DNA of 64,000 nucleotides, from assembly GCA_963744145.1 (NCBI GenBank), contig CAVUSO010000001.1:6144001-6208000 (forward strand), in the 5' to 3' direction. Both the position numbers and the translations under genes were made by a program. This DNA comes from an uncultured cyanobacterium (lineage in GTDB: Bacteria > Cyanobacteriota > Cyanobacteriia > Cyanobacteriales > CAWUOF01). Below the pieces are notes generated by a model, which saw only the letters and a program-made list of their open reading frames with translations, was not told where the DNA came from and ran no database searches. Positions 10,917-20,992 of the stretch are shown here, in pieces; position 1 is the stretch's first letter; each line of letters opens with the position of its first letter.

Positions 10917-12764
10917 ATGGAATGGCTGAACTTATCCGAAAAGGTTAAACTGGCAATCCAGACCAGTATAAATCGCCTGGATAAGTCGCAAGATGCTCAT
11001 GAGGCGATCGCTAAAACCCTGGAAGCGATCGGAGAAGTTTTGTCACATATAGGCATCATAGCAGTTAGTCTGATCTCTTACAATTCCAAAAATAAAACGC
11101 TGCGCTATAAAATTGTAGTTCGCGAGGGAAAAGAGGTTTCTTTAGACGGAACTGTGCTTGATCGTGATTGGTCTGTTGACCAGGAAACCTGGAAAATACC
11201 TTGGAACAGGATGCAAAAAGAAGATTTTCTGTGGGGTCTTACTTGTGATCCTACGGTGCTGATTCCTGAAATTAGGGCTTATTATGAAGCAGATGGGGCG
11301 ATCGCTGTTGCTTATCAACCTTTACGTCGAGATCAAAAGATATTTGGCTGGATTACGATTAGCTGGCGATCGCCACAACCTCCTGCACCTGAGCAAATTC
11401 AACTGATTCAGGTGCTCGCTGCATATACCTCACTTGTGATTGAAATGGCTCGGTTAACTAAGTTCGATCGCGATGTCACCGTAGCTCAGGAACAAGAAAT
11501 TGCCGCCGAGCAGCGAGCGATTGAATTGGCAAAAGTGAATGACATCATGCTCGGCACCTTAAATCGTCTGGCGATCGAACAAGAAAAAGCTGCTCTAGAG
11601 CGAGTCGCTCAACTTGCCCAAGCCAATAATACCCTGAAGAAAACACTCGATGTGTTAGCCACTGAACCAAAATTAAATAGCGCTTTAGATCGGATTTTTC
11701 AAGTAACAATCGAACAGCTTGGTTCATCTTCGGCAGCACTTTGGCTATATAAACCAGACTTAGATCAATTCCGTCTCCACTTGATTTATCTTGATGGCAA
11801 GATCATTACTGCTATCTCTGAAAATGCCCATCTCCTAACGGATATTTGGATCAATGGACAAAACCTATCTCGTGACCTGGGATTCAAAGAGCATATTGAG
11901 AAACGTACTCCTGTAATCTATGATGTCGATAGCCATCCAGCCATCAGTAAATTAGCCAGTCGATTTCTCAATAAACTGAACATAAAAACCCTGTTAGGGA
12001 TTCCTTTGCTGCTTGGTTCTGAAGTTATTGGTAGCTATACCATTCGCTTTAGTGATCAACGTGAATTCCAAGCAGAAGAACTAGAATTAATCCAAGCTTT
12101 AGCTCATCAAGCAACCTTAGCAATTAAATTATTACAAATGGCAGAAGAAGCTAAAAATTTGGCCATTCTTGAAGAACGTAACCGATTAGCAGGAGAAATT
12201 CATGATACTTTAGCTCAAGCTTTCACAGGTATCTCAATTCAAACTGGAGTTGCTAAAGAAATTCTTGAACGTGATCCCATTCAAACCCAGCAGATTCTTG
12301 ATCATATTTCGACCCTATCCCAAACTGGATTAGCTGAAGCTCGTCGTTCAGTTTGGGCACTTCATTCCTCTGCGGCTGAATATGCGGATCTAGTTCACAA
12401 TTTACAGCATTATTTTGAACAATTCAAACATATCACCACTCAAGTCGAAGTGAAAATTGAAGGTACACCTAGTCTAGTCTCTCCTGCGATCGGGAAAAAT
12501 CTCCTCAGAATCGCTCAGGAAGCTGTTAATAATGCTATGAAACACGCTAATGCTACAACTATTAGAGTAAAACTTACCTGTGAAGTAGATTTCTTAGGTT
12601 TAGAAATTCGGGATAATGGGTGTGGCTTTGAGCTATCTTCAGATCGAGATGGTTTTGGACTGATCAGTATGACAGAACGAGCAGAGCGGATTGGTGGACA
12701 GATTTTGATCACCAGTGAACTTGACAAAGGTACAGTCATTCAGGTTTATGCACCACTAGCCTAA
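10917..12764 (+). CDS. Two-GAF sensor histidine kinase (HisKA_3/NarX type)
   Basis: EERNRLAGEIHDTLAQ H-box, QEAVNNAMKHA, DNGCGF and GFGLISM; two GAF-like segments. Confidence 0.9.
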   Translation: MEWLNLSEKVKLAIQTSINRLDKSQDAHEAIAKTLEAIGEVLSHIGIIAVSLISYNSKNKTLRYKIVVREGKEVSLDGTVLDRDWSVDQETWKIPWNRMQKEDFLWGLTCDPTVLIPEIRAYYEADGAIAVAYQPLRRDQKIFGWITISWRSPQPPAPEQIQLIQVLAAYTSLVIEMARLTKFDRDVTVAQEQEIAAEQRAIELAKVNDIMLGTLNRLAIEQEKAALERVAQLAQANNTLKKTLDVLATEPKLNSALDRIFQVTIEQLGSSSAALWLYKPDLDQFRLHLIYLDGKIITAISENAHLLTDIWINGQNLSRDLGFKEHIEKRTPVIYDVDSHPAISKLASRFLNKLNIKTLLGIPLLLGSEVIGSYTIRFSDQREFQAEELELIQALAHQATLAIKLLQMAEEAKNLAILEERNRLAGEIHDTLAQAFTGISIQTGVAKEILERDPIQTQQILDHISTLSQTGLAEARRSVWALHSSAAEYADLVHNLQHYFEQFKHITTQVEVKIEGTPSLVSPAIGKNLLRIAQEAVNNAMKHANATTIRVKLTCEVDFLGLEIRDNGCGFELSSDRDGFGLISMTERAERIGGQILITSELDKGTVIQVYAPLA

Positions 12765-12775
12765 AAAAAAATTAT

Positions 12776-13402
12776 ATGCTCGAAACTAATATCCAAGTCA
12801 TGATTGTAGACGATCATCCCATTGTGCGAAATGGTCTTGCTCTAATGGTGAAATATGAACCAGGAATGGAAGTGATCGCTGAAGCTAGTAGTGGAGGTGA
12901 AGCAATCACTTTTTTTCGTCAGTATCAGCCTGATGTTACTCTAATGGATTTGCGAATGCCAGAAATTACTGGTGTAGAAACGATCGCAGCTATTCGCCAA
13001 GAATTTCCTGATGCTAAACTAATTATCTTGACTACCTATGATAGTGATGAAGATATTTATCGTGGTTTACAAGTAGGGGCTAAAGGATATATTATGAAAG
13101 ATGCACCTCTTGATGAAATCAAAAAAGCGATTCGGGATGTTTACGCTGGTAAGAAATATATTCCACCTGAAGTAGGCATAAAATTAGCTGAACGTTTGAA
13201 CAATTTTCAGTTAAGTGAACGTGAATGTGAGGTTTTACAACAGGTTGCTCAAGGGAAAAGTAACCGTGAAATTGGCGAAACTTTAAATATTTCTGAAGGA
13301 ACTGTAAAAATGCACATCAATCGTATTTTAAGTAAATTTAACGCATCCGATCGCACCCAAGCTGTTGTGATTGCCTTAAAACGTGGAGTAATTAGTCTTT
13401 AA
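12776..13402 (+). CDS. NarL/LuxR-family response regulator
   Basis: IVDDH and LMDLRMP receiver motifs; LSERE…SNREIG…TVKMH helix-turn-helix. Confidence 0.93.
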   Translation: MLETNIQVMIVDDHPIVRNGLALMVKYEPGMEVIAEASSGGEAITFFRQYQPDVTLMDLRMPEITGVETIAAIRQEFPDAKLIILTTYDSDEDIYRGLQVGAKGYIMKDAPLDEIKKAIRDVYAGKKYIPPEVGIKLAERLNNFQLSERECEVLQQVAQGKSNREIGETLNISEGTVKMHINRILSKFNASDRTQAVVIALKRGVISL

Positions 13403-13540
13403 TTCAGAACCGTTTACTATTCCCTAACTTTCGATCAGATATCACGTAAACTGATCGTCATATTTAGAAATTTAGCGAAAGATAGATGTAAAAGCAGATC
13501 ACTTCTTGTAAACTTAAGCGTAGACTTTAGAGTTACCATC

Positions 13541-14635
13541 ATGAATGCTATGATTAATCTATTTTCTCCCTTCCAGTTAGGAGAAAATCTTCTGTCTAAC
13601 CGAATAGTTATGGCTCCGATGACCCGCTTACGTGCCGTGGATGCTGTCCCCACACAGTTGATGGCTCAATACTATGCTCAAAGAGCTTCAGCAGGGTTAA
13701 TAGTTACTGAATGCACCATGATTTCTCCCCTCAGTAATGGGTATATGAACGGTCCGGGGATTTATACTACAGAACAGATTGCAGCTTGGCAACAGGTTAC
13801 TGAGGCTGTTCATGGTAAAGGGGGCAAAATTTTTCTCCAATTGTGGCATTGTGGACGAGTTTCCCATACTTCATTGTTAAATGGAAAACAACCTGTAGCA
13901 CCTAGTGCAATTGCTGGGACTGGAACCTTACATACTCCTGTTGGCAAAGTTAAATTAGAAGTACCTCAAGCGTTAGAAACGGATCAAATCTTAGAAATTA
14001 TTGAGCAGTTTGGTCAAGCGGCTAAAAATGCCCAGCAAGCAGGGTTTGATGGGATTGAGCTACATGGAGCATTTGGATATTTAATCGATCAATTTCTGCA
14101 AGATGGTTCCAACCAACGAACTGATCAATATGGTGGTTCGATTGAGAATCGAGCCAGATTTTTGTTGGAGGTTGTTGAGACAGTTACCAAAGTTTGGGGT
14201 GGAAGCAAGGTGGGAATTAAGCTTTCTCCTAGTAATACTTTCTATGGTATGTTTGACTCTAATCCCAAAGCAACTTTTACATACCTTATAGAAGCTCTCA
14301 ATAGTTTTGACTTAGCATATATTCATTTGATGGAGCCTAACGAAGCAGATCTTGCTACCCGAGAGGTTCTTAATCCTGTATTACCTCTTTTTCGCCCAAT
14401 TTATCAGGGAATAATCATCACAAATGGTGGTTATAATAAAGCAAAAGGTAATGATGTCATTAGTTCTCAACAAGCTGAGTTAGTATCCTTTGGTCAACTC
14501 TTCATCGCTAATCCTGATTTACCTCAGCGATTTGCCCAGGATGCACCTTTAAATGAACCGAATCCTAGAACCTTTTATTGGCAAGGTTCGCAAGCACAAG
14601 AGATTGGATATACTGACTATCCTACATTACCGTAG
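13541..14635 (+). CDS. Old yellow enzyme family alkene reductase (NemA-like)
   Basis: NRIVMAPMTR, QLWHCGR, AGFDGIELHGAFGYLIDQF and RTDQYGGS motifs. Confidence 0.92.
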   Translation: MNAMINLFSPFQLGENLLSNRIVMAPMTRLRAVDAVPTQLMAQYYAQRASAGLIVTECTMISPLSNGYMNGPGIYTTEQIAAWQQVTEAVHGKGGKIFLQLWHCGRVSHTSLLNGKQPVAPSAIAGTGTLHTPVGKVKLEVPQALETDQILEIIEQFGQAAKNAQQAGFDGIELHGAFGYLIDQFLQDGSNQRTDQYGGSIENRARFLLEVVETVTKVWGGSKVGIKLSPSNTFYGMFDSNPKATFTYLIEALNSFDLAYIHLMEPNEADLATREVLNPVLPLFRPIYQGIIITNGGYNKAKGNDVISSQQAELVSFGQLFIANPDLPQRFAQDAPLNEPNPRTFYWQGSQAQEIGYTDYPTLP

Positions 14636-14676
14636 CATTTAACATTTTTTGAATTATTTTCAAATTAATCATCAAC

Positions 14677-15339
14677 ATGAGTGATATCCTCACTGTTCCT
14701 GTCTACCCATTTTCCTTACCTGTTCTCCGATTTCCTTACGATGCACTCGAACCATTTATTGATGCAGAAACAATGCAAGTGCATCATCAATTACACCATC
14801 AAAACTATATTGACAATCTGAACGCTGCGATCGCCGAATATCCACAATTGCATCAGATGTCGATCGAAGATATGATGCGACATCTCGATCAAATTCCTGA
14901 AGTGATCCGAGAAACTGTTCGCAATCAAGGAGGTGGTCATGCTAATCATCAGTTTTTTTGGAAGATATTAAAACCTGCTTCTGCAACTTTACCCACAGGT
15001 GTATTAGCAGAAGGAATCGCTCAAACCTTTGATTCGTTTGAAAACTTCAAAGTTCAATTTCATGATGCAGGAATGAAGCTATTTGGCTCAGGTTGGGTTT
15101 TTCTAGTGATTGATCCTAAAGCAGACGGAAAACTAAAAATCCATACTACTACCAATCAAAACAGCGTATTGCTAGAAGGATTACCTGGATTGTTATGCTG
15201 TGACTTATGGGAACATTCCTACTACTTGAAATATCGTAATCAGCGGGCTAACTATTTAGAAGCGTTTTGGAACGTCGTAGATTGGGATGTGGTAGGAAGA
15301 AGGTTAGAAGGTATTCGTGCAGGGAAAAAGCAACTCTAG
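14677..15339 (+). CDS. Fe/Mn superoxide dismutase (Mn-type signature)
   Basis: HHQLHHQNY, GGGHANH, FGSGW and DLWEHSYY motifs. Confidence 0.92.
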   Translation: MSDILTVPVYPFSLPVLRFPYDALEPFIDAETMQVHHQLHHQNYIDNLNAAIAEYPQLHQMSIEDMMRHLDQIPEVIRETVRNQGGGHANHQFFWKILKPASATLPTGVLAEGIAQTFDSFENFKVQFHDAGMKLFGSGWVFLVIDPKADGKLKIHTTTNQNSVLLEGLPGLLCCDLWEHSYYLKYRNQRANYLEAFWNVVDWDVVGRRLEGIRAGKKQL

Positions 15340-15425
15340 TTTGAGTTATTTACATAATGGGTAATTAAAATTACTACATTCAACCACAAACTTTCATCAT
15401 TAACTTTAAAATAGGAAAGAGAAAA

Positions 15426-16913
15426 ATGACTGCTACATTTACGAAAAAACAACTGTTGAATTGGAGTGAAATGAATGGAAAACTCTACAGCAACGGATGG
15501 ATAGAAGGTGTTCAAACCACCAATATCATTGCTCCAGCAACAGGAAAAATATTAGGACAGTCAGGACTAGGCTCGGCTAAAACAATTGCAGAAGCTGCCA
15601 AAATTGCCTTAGCAGCACAGAAAGAATGGATACAAGTATCACCAGAAGAAAAGCGATCGCTACTGATTCGTGCTGATGCTTTATTACATGAGTATGCTGA
15701 AGAAATTTGTGAAGTGACCATGCAGGAAATTGGGGCAACTCGTGGTAAAGCAATGTTTGAAATCACGTTCTGTTCTGATGAATTTCTAGAAGCATCTTCC
15801 TATCCAACTCAGCATCAGGGAGTCTTACTTGCCGATCGCGCTAATCGCAAAAGCTATGGAGTGCGAGTTCCCTATGGTGTAGTCGCTGCATTGACTCCTT
15901 CAAATGTACCATTATTATTAGCAGCGCGTGTGATTGCTCCCGCATTAGCGACTGGAAATGCAGTTATTCTAAGACCTCATCCTTGTTCAATTGTCTGTGG
16001 TGGGTTTCTTTTTGCACGGATTTTTGAAGAAGCTGGACTCCCCCCCGGACTGCTCCATGTGATTCCCGCTAGAGGTAAAGAAGCGGAAGCTTTTGAAACC
16101 GATCCAAACATCTCAATGATCCATTTCACAGGTTCTTCATCAACTGGACAACGTATTGCCGAAACCGCTAGTAGATCGCTGAAAAAAGTCTCAATTAGTG
16201 GTAGTGGGAAAAATCCATTTGTAGTATTAGAAGATATTGAAGACCTGGAAGCAACCGTTTCAACTGCTGTATTTAGTACCTTTTACTTTGGTGGACAGTC
16301 TTGCATGACAGCAGGACGACATTTAGTACATCGCAGTTTAATAAATGAATATATTCAGCGATTTGTGGAAATCGCCAGCAAACTGATTGTTGATGATCCT
16401 TTGACCAATCCAGATGCGTTCTACGGTCCGATGATTCAACCTGAGATGGTGCATCGTCAGGAAGAAATCGTTCAAGATGCAGTATCCAAGGGAGCTACAC
16501 TTCACTTGGGAGGGAAAGCAAGAGGACCGTTTTTTCCTCCTACTATTCTCAGTGGAGTGAAACCGGGAATGAATGCGTGGGATGAAGAAATTTTTGGACC
16601 GATCGCTGCAATCACTGCTTTTGATACTGATGAAGAAGCTATTCAATTAGCGAATGATACTCCATACGGACTTTCCGGAGCTGTGTTCGGTTCCCAGACG
16701 CGAGCAACTTATGTAGCAGAACAGTTACAAACAGGTATGATTCACATTAACGATCGCTCTACCGATGATAGTGCTTATGTTCCTTTCGGTGGATTCAAAC
16801 TATCGGGTAACGGTGGACGCTACGGTAGTTATGTTAACTGGGACGAATATACTCAGTGGCGCTGGGTTACTATTTCCCAAAAACCTACGCTAGTTTCTTT
16901 TTTCGGGCATTAA
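15426..16913 (+). CDS. Aldehyde dehydrogenase (benzaldehyde-dehydrogenase-like)
   Basis: FTGSS, GQSCM (catalytic Cys), EEIFGP and PFGGFKLSGNG motifs. Confidence 0.88.
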   Translation: MTATFTKKQLLNWSEMNGKLYSNGWIEGVQTTNIIAPATGKILGQSGLGSAKTIAEAAKIALAAQKEWIQVSPEEKRSLLIRADALLHEYAEEICEVTMQEIGATRGKAMFEITFCSDEFLEASSYPTQHQGVLLADRANRKSYGVRVPYGVVAALTPSNVPLLLAARVIAPALATGNAVILRPHPCSIVCGGFLFARIFEEAGLPPGLLHVIPARGKEAEAFETDPNISMIHFTGSSSTGQRIAETASRSLKKVSISGSGKNPFVVLEDIEDLEATVSTAVFSTFYFGGQSCMTAGRHLVHRSLINEYIQRFVEIASKLIVDDPLTNPDAFYGPMIQPEMVHRQEEIVQDAVSKGATLHLGGKARGPFFPPTILSGVKPGMNAWDEEIFGPIAAITAFDTDEEAIQLANDTPYGLSGAVFGSQTRATYVAEQLQTGMIHINDRSTDDSAYVPFGGFKLSGNGGRYGSYVNWDEYTQWRWVTISQKPTLVSFFGH

Positions 16914-16922
16914 GGAGAAATT

Positions 16923-17633
16923 ATGGCACGTTTAATATCTTATGCTGATGGTGAATCTCCCCTGGAAGGTTATTTTGTTCCTCCTCAAAATCGCGATCGC
17001 GCTCCAGGTATCCTAATTGTTCCTACTTGGTTGAGTATTACCGAAAGTATCAAACAACGTGCCGATCGCCTTGCTGCTTTAGGATACACTGCTTTTGTTT
17101 TGGATGTTTTTGGTAAGGGAGTTCGTCCTGCACCACCACAAACACCACAGGCGATCGTACATCCTTTTATGAGCGATCGCGCGAAGTTCCGCACTCGTTT
17201 AAAAGCTGGGTTAGAGATCTTACTACAACAGCCAGAATGTCATCCAGACCAGATTGGCGCGATCGGTTACTGCTTCGGTGGTTGCGCTGTGTTGGAATTG
17301 GCCAGAAGTGGTGCTAACTTGAAAGGAGTGGTTAGTTTTCACGGAGAACTTAATTCACCAATACCAGCCCAACCAGATACCATAAAAGCCAAAATTCTGG
17401 TCTTGCATGGCGATGCCGATCCAATTGTACCATTTGATCAGCTAATTGGCTTTCGAGAGGAGATGCGATCGGTTAATGCTAATTGGGAAATTGATATTTA
17501 TAGCGAGGCAAAACATAGTTTCACTGGGGAAGGGGTGAGTGGTAAAATGCCTGAAGCAGGTCTAAATCATCAGGCTGAAGCCAGATCATGGCAAAAGATG
17601 GTGAATTTCTTTGAGGAAGTCTTAGCCGTTTAA
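16923..17633 (+). CDS. Dienelactone hydrolase family protein
   Basis: GYCFGG nucleophile motif, HGDAD, HSF; AGGAG ribosome-binding site. Confidence 0.92.
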   Translation: MARLISYADGESPLEGYFVPPQNRDRAPGILIVPTWLSITESIKQRADRLAALGYTAFVLDVFGKGVRPAPPQTPQAIVHPFMSDRAKFRTRLKAGLEILLQQPECHPDQIGAIGYCFGGCAVLELARSGANLKGVVSFHGELNSPIPAQPDTIKAKILVLHGDADPIVPFDQLIGFREEMRSVNANWEIDIYSEAKHSFTGEGVSGKMPEAGLNHQAEARSWQKMVNFFEEVLAV

Positions 17634-17775
17634 ATACCATTAAGAATACACTCAAACACTCACAGATAGCCTCTCGGTAGTCGGGTGCATTGGGATTGTT
17701 ATGCAGCCGTGTTTGACTGACTAGCAAAGGAAACTGACCCAATACTGATTGGATAAGCCCAAAGCGAGACAAATC

Positions 17776-18084
17776 AAGGTTATTTTGTTCCTCCTCATAC
17801 CAATTCACCATGAAGATACATTGATGTATATTGATCTGTGAGTGAGGGTGGGTTTTGATGATTAGTGGGCAAATCTCAAACATCTCGGTGAACCCACCCC
17901 TACAAAAACCCGCAAATAGAGGATAAACTTGGTAGGGGCAGGTTCACCAGTCAATTCTGTCGCCAACAGATCACTATTATAAACCTGCCCTGGCCTAACA
18001 GATCAAACTCAGATTAAGTGCAATTTCATGGGTTATTGGTATCAAAATCGCGCGAAGTTCCGTACCCGTCTAAAAAACTGGGTT
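17776..18084 (+). pseudogene. Relic partial copy of the dienelactone hydrolase gene, split by a MITE
   Basis: 17776-17797 equals 16966-16987 exactly; 18042-18084 matches 16985-16995 joined to about 17182-17212. Confidence 0.75.
17798..18041. mobile_element. 244-bp MITE with imperfect 17-bp TIRs and a TCA target duplication
   Basis: Ends TACCAATTCACCATGAA and TTCATGGGTTATTGGTA; TCA on both sides restores the intact DLH sequence; contains two REP-like hairpins. Confidence 0.8.
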
Positions 18085-18299
18085 TTGCTATGGGGAAGTT
18101 CAGTTTAATTTAAAAAAATATTTAAAATCTAATATTTTGGTTGAAAATACTCGTCCCTTTATCCAATAAAAATTTAAACTCCTCACTAGTACAGGGATAT
18201 AGGTCACGAGTACACCCTTAATTCTCAACTGAAATTCTCAATCTCGCGTGATACCAATATAGTTGGTAAAAACAATTATTTGCGGTTCTAGCAGATTTT

Positions 18300-19214
18300 A
18301 TGAATAGTTTATCCCCAAACACCCTGAATCGGATTCGAGATCCCTTAGCTTATAGGTATAATTACTCAAGCGGGATGCCACCTAAAATCGAAAGAATGTT
18401 AAATTGGTTTGAGAAATTGGGCTACAGGGTCTTACTCCAATCCGATATTATTTCTGGTCAACATCAAACCATCTTAAGAAGTTATCAGAATGGAATTCTT
18501 TGCGATCGCTTTTCTAACTCCATCCAGAAAATCAATCCAGGGGTTTCCGAAGCGCAAATTAAACAAGTTCTGCACCAATTCATCTTTGAGCAAAATGTTT
18601 CATCATTCATCCAACAAAATCGTCAATGGCATTTACAACTATTGGAGGGGGTGAACCTCAAAACTGCGGGGGTAACCACCAAATTAAAAATCTTAGATTT
18701 CGCCAATCCAGCTAATAACGACTGGTTAGTAATTTACTCTTTTCCTGTAGTTGAAAGAGACTATTACCATTGTCTAGATTTAGTAATATTTATTAATGGC
18801 ATCCCCTTAGCTCTATTTCAAGGATTACATGGAGAAGAACAAATCTGGTCTCTCCGAGCTGCTTATTTACAGCTCCAAGAATATCAAGAGCATTTACGAA
18901 AATTTTTCTCATTTAATGAATTGTTAGTGGTTTCTAATGGGAGCCAATCCCGAATAGGGGTTTCTACTAATACCTGGAAACAATTTATCCAAGTTTGTTC
19001 AGACCAAGCAGAAGCAGCTCTGTTTTTAGGGAAAACTGAAATCCAAGCATTAATATCGATGATCTTTAATCAGTGGTCTTTTTTGCAAATCATCCAAAAT
19101 TATATTGTTTTTCGTCAAAGCCGAACAATTTTGACAAAAAAATTATGTTTCCATTCTTTTTGTACAGATCAAAACTATAATAATCTAGCTAGAACAGATT
19201 TAATCAGGAGGTAA
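18300..19214 (+). CDS. Stand-alone type I restriction HsdR N-terminal-like domain protein
   Basis: LDFANPANNDWLV, DLVIFINGIPL, FSFNELLVVSNG and IIQNYIVF segments; ends before any helicase motif. Confidence 0.75.
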   Translation: MNSLSPNTLNRIRDPLAYRYNYSSGMPPKIERMLNWFEKLGYRVLLQSDIISGQHQTILRSYQNGILCDRFSNSIQKINPGVSEAQIKQVLHQFIFEQNVSSFIQQNRQWHLQLLEGVNLKTAGVTTKLKILDFANPANNDWLVIYSFPVVERDYYHCLDLVIFINGIPLALFQGLHGEEQIWSLRAAYLQLQEYQEHLRKFFSFNELLVVSNGSQSRIGVSTNTWKQFIQVCSDQAEAALFLGKTEIQALISMIFNQWSFLQIIQNYIVFRQSRTILTKKLCFHSFCTDQNYNNLARTDLIRR

Positions 19215-19216
19215 CA

Positions 19217-19645
19217 ATGGCTACAGTAATTTTTTACGAAAAACCAGGTTGTATTAACAACACTAAGCAAAAAGCTTTATTAAATGCAGCGGGACATACG
19301 GTGGAAGCACATAACTTATTAACTGAACCTTGGACAGTAGAAACTTTACGTGCTTTTTTTGCAGATTTACCTGTCCCAGAATGGTTTAACTATACTGCAC
19401 CTCAAATCAAATCTGGAAAAGTTATTCCAGCTCAATTAGACGCAGAAACTGCTTTAAACTTAATGCTCAGTGATCCTTTATTAATCCGTCGTCCTCTACT
19501 CCAAGTTGCCGATCGCAGAGAAGTCGGTTTTGACAGTAATAAAATCGATACATGGATTGGGTTAACAGCAGCAGATCAATCTCAGCAAGTAGTTCGCGAT
19601 CGCTTAATTGAGCAAAATCTCGAAGCTTGTCCAAACAATCATTAA
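19217..19645 (+). CDS. ArsC-family 'nitrogenase-associated' protein
   Basis: FYEKPGCINNTKQK, EWFN and PLLIRRPL motifs; AGGAGG ribosome-binding site. Confidence 0.85.
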   Translation: MATVIFYEKPGCINNTKQKALLNAAGHTVEAHNLLTEPWTVETLRAFFADLPVPEWFNYTAPQIKSGKVIPAQLDAETALNLMLSDPLLIRRPLLQVADRREVGFDSNKIDTWIGLTAADQSQQVVRDRLIEQNLEACPNNH

Positions 19646-19653
19646 ATCTGCAC

Positions 19654-20847
19654 CTAATTTTTTTTACTTTTAATATCCATCTGGATCTGATCAAAAATTC
19701 CCCCATCTTTAAAAAATTTATTCTGAATCGCATCCCAACCTCCAAAAGCTGCTGCTGTAAATAACTTTTTCAGCGGTGGAAACTGCTGGGAAAATTCTTG
19801 AATCACGAGGGAATTTAAAGGTCGAAATCCGACTTTAGCAAATGCTCTTTGTGCTGCTGGAGTATAAAGAAATTGAAGAAACGCTTCAGCTACTTCACGA
19901 GTCCCTCGACGATTGACATATTTATCTACTAGGGTAATTGGATTATCAATAGAAATATTTACTTCGGGAATAATCGCAGCAGTATTTTTCGCTAAACCTT
20001 GTTGATGCGAAAGAATGAACTCATTTTCATAATTAATCAAAATATCACCCTTTTCTTGACGGAAAAAAATATCAGTTGATTCTCTAGCATCTTTGGCTAA
20101 AACAGGAACATTCTGATAAACTTGAGTAGCAAAATTAAGGGCTTCTGCTTCAGTACCCCCAGTTTGGGTAATCGCTCCCCAGAAAGCTAGAAAATTCCAG
20201 CGAGCAATTCCAGAAGTTTTTGGATCAGCAGTAATCACAGAAATACCAGGTTTAGCTAAATCTGACCAGCTATGGATTTGTTTGGGATTACCCGCACGAG
20301 TAATAATCGCACCAACTGTACGAGTGACAATACCATCGTGATTAGGTACTCTTTGCTCCCAACCAGGTAGAACTAAACCAGCTTGCTGAAGACGATTAAC
20401 ATCTAATGCTAGGGATAAATGGGCAATATCTGTCGGTAAACCATTCACGATCGCACGAGTTTGGGTACTAGAACCAGCATAGCTCTCTTGGAAGATTACT
20501 TCTTGGTGATGTTCTAGTTGCCATTTTTGTTTAAACAGAGGAATTATTTCTGCATAAGCACCTTGAGCGACAGAAAAAGCTACCAAACTCAATTCAATCG
20601 GTTTGAGCGGTGTAGCGATCGCGGTTTGCTGAGGACTAGGAGCAGTCCCTGGTGTAACCGGAGCCTTCGTACAAGCAGCAATTAGGATATTCAAGCTAAT
20701 CGTAGCGACGAGTAAAAGTAGAAAAGCTTTATGTTTAAATCGCCTGAAAGACTTTAGCCTCGGTATGAGCAACTTTACCTTAGTCAAGACCAAAGCATGA
20801 CTTTTTTCGATCCATAATTGCCATGGTTGGGTTTGGGGATAGGGCAT
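19654..20847 (-). CDS. sbp: Sulfate ABC transporter substrate-binding protein
   Basis: GNPKQIHSWSDL, PKTSGIARWNFLA, GDILINYENE and FGGW motifs; lipobox-like IAAC. The true start may be downstream of 20847. Confidence 0.9.
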   Translation of the reverse strand: MPYPQTQPWQLWIEKSHALVLTKVKLLIPRLKSFRRFKHKAFLLLLVATISLNILIAACTKAPVTPGTAPSPQQTAIATPLKPIELSLVAFSVAQGAYAEIIPLFKQKWQLEHHQEVIFQESYAGSSTQTRAIVNGLPTDIAHLSLALDVNRLQQAGLVLPGWEQRVPNHDGIVTRTVGAIITRAGNPKQIHSWSDLAKPGISVITADPKTSGIARWNFLAFWGAITQTGGTEAEALNFATQVYQNVPVLAKDARESTDIFFRQEKGDILINYENEFILSHQQGLAKNTAAIIPEVNISIDNPITLVDKYVNRRGTREVAEAFLQFLYTPAAQRAFAKVGFRPLNSLVIQEFSQQFPPLKKLFTAAAFGGWDAIQNKFFKDGGIFDQIQMDIKSKKN

Positions 20848-20992
20848 AAAAATAGTAACTCCTGGCTAAATCCTGAAATTTTGCTTAAACTACGGTAAAT
20901 CAGTAGACATACTGTAGTTTAATCTAAATTATGCTAAATTAACAAAGTAATTACTACCTTGATGGTGTGGGCTCCAACCAGACTCAAAATTC

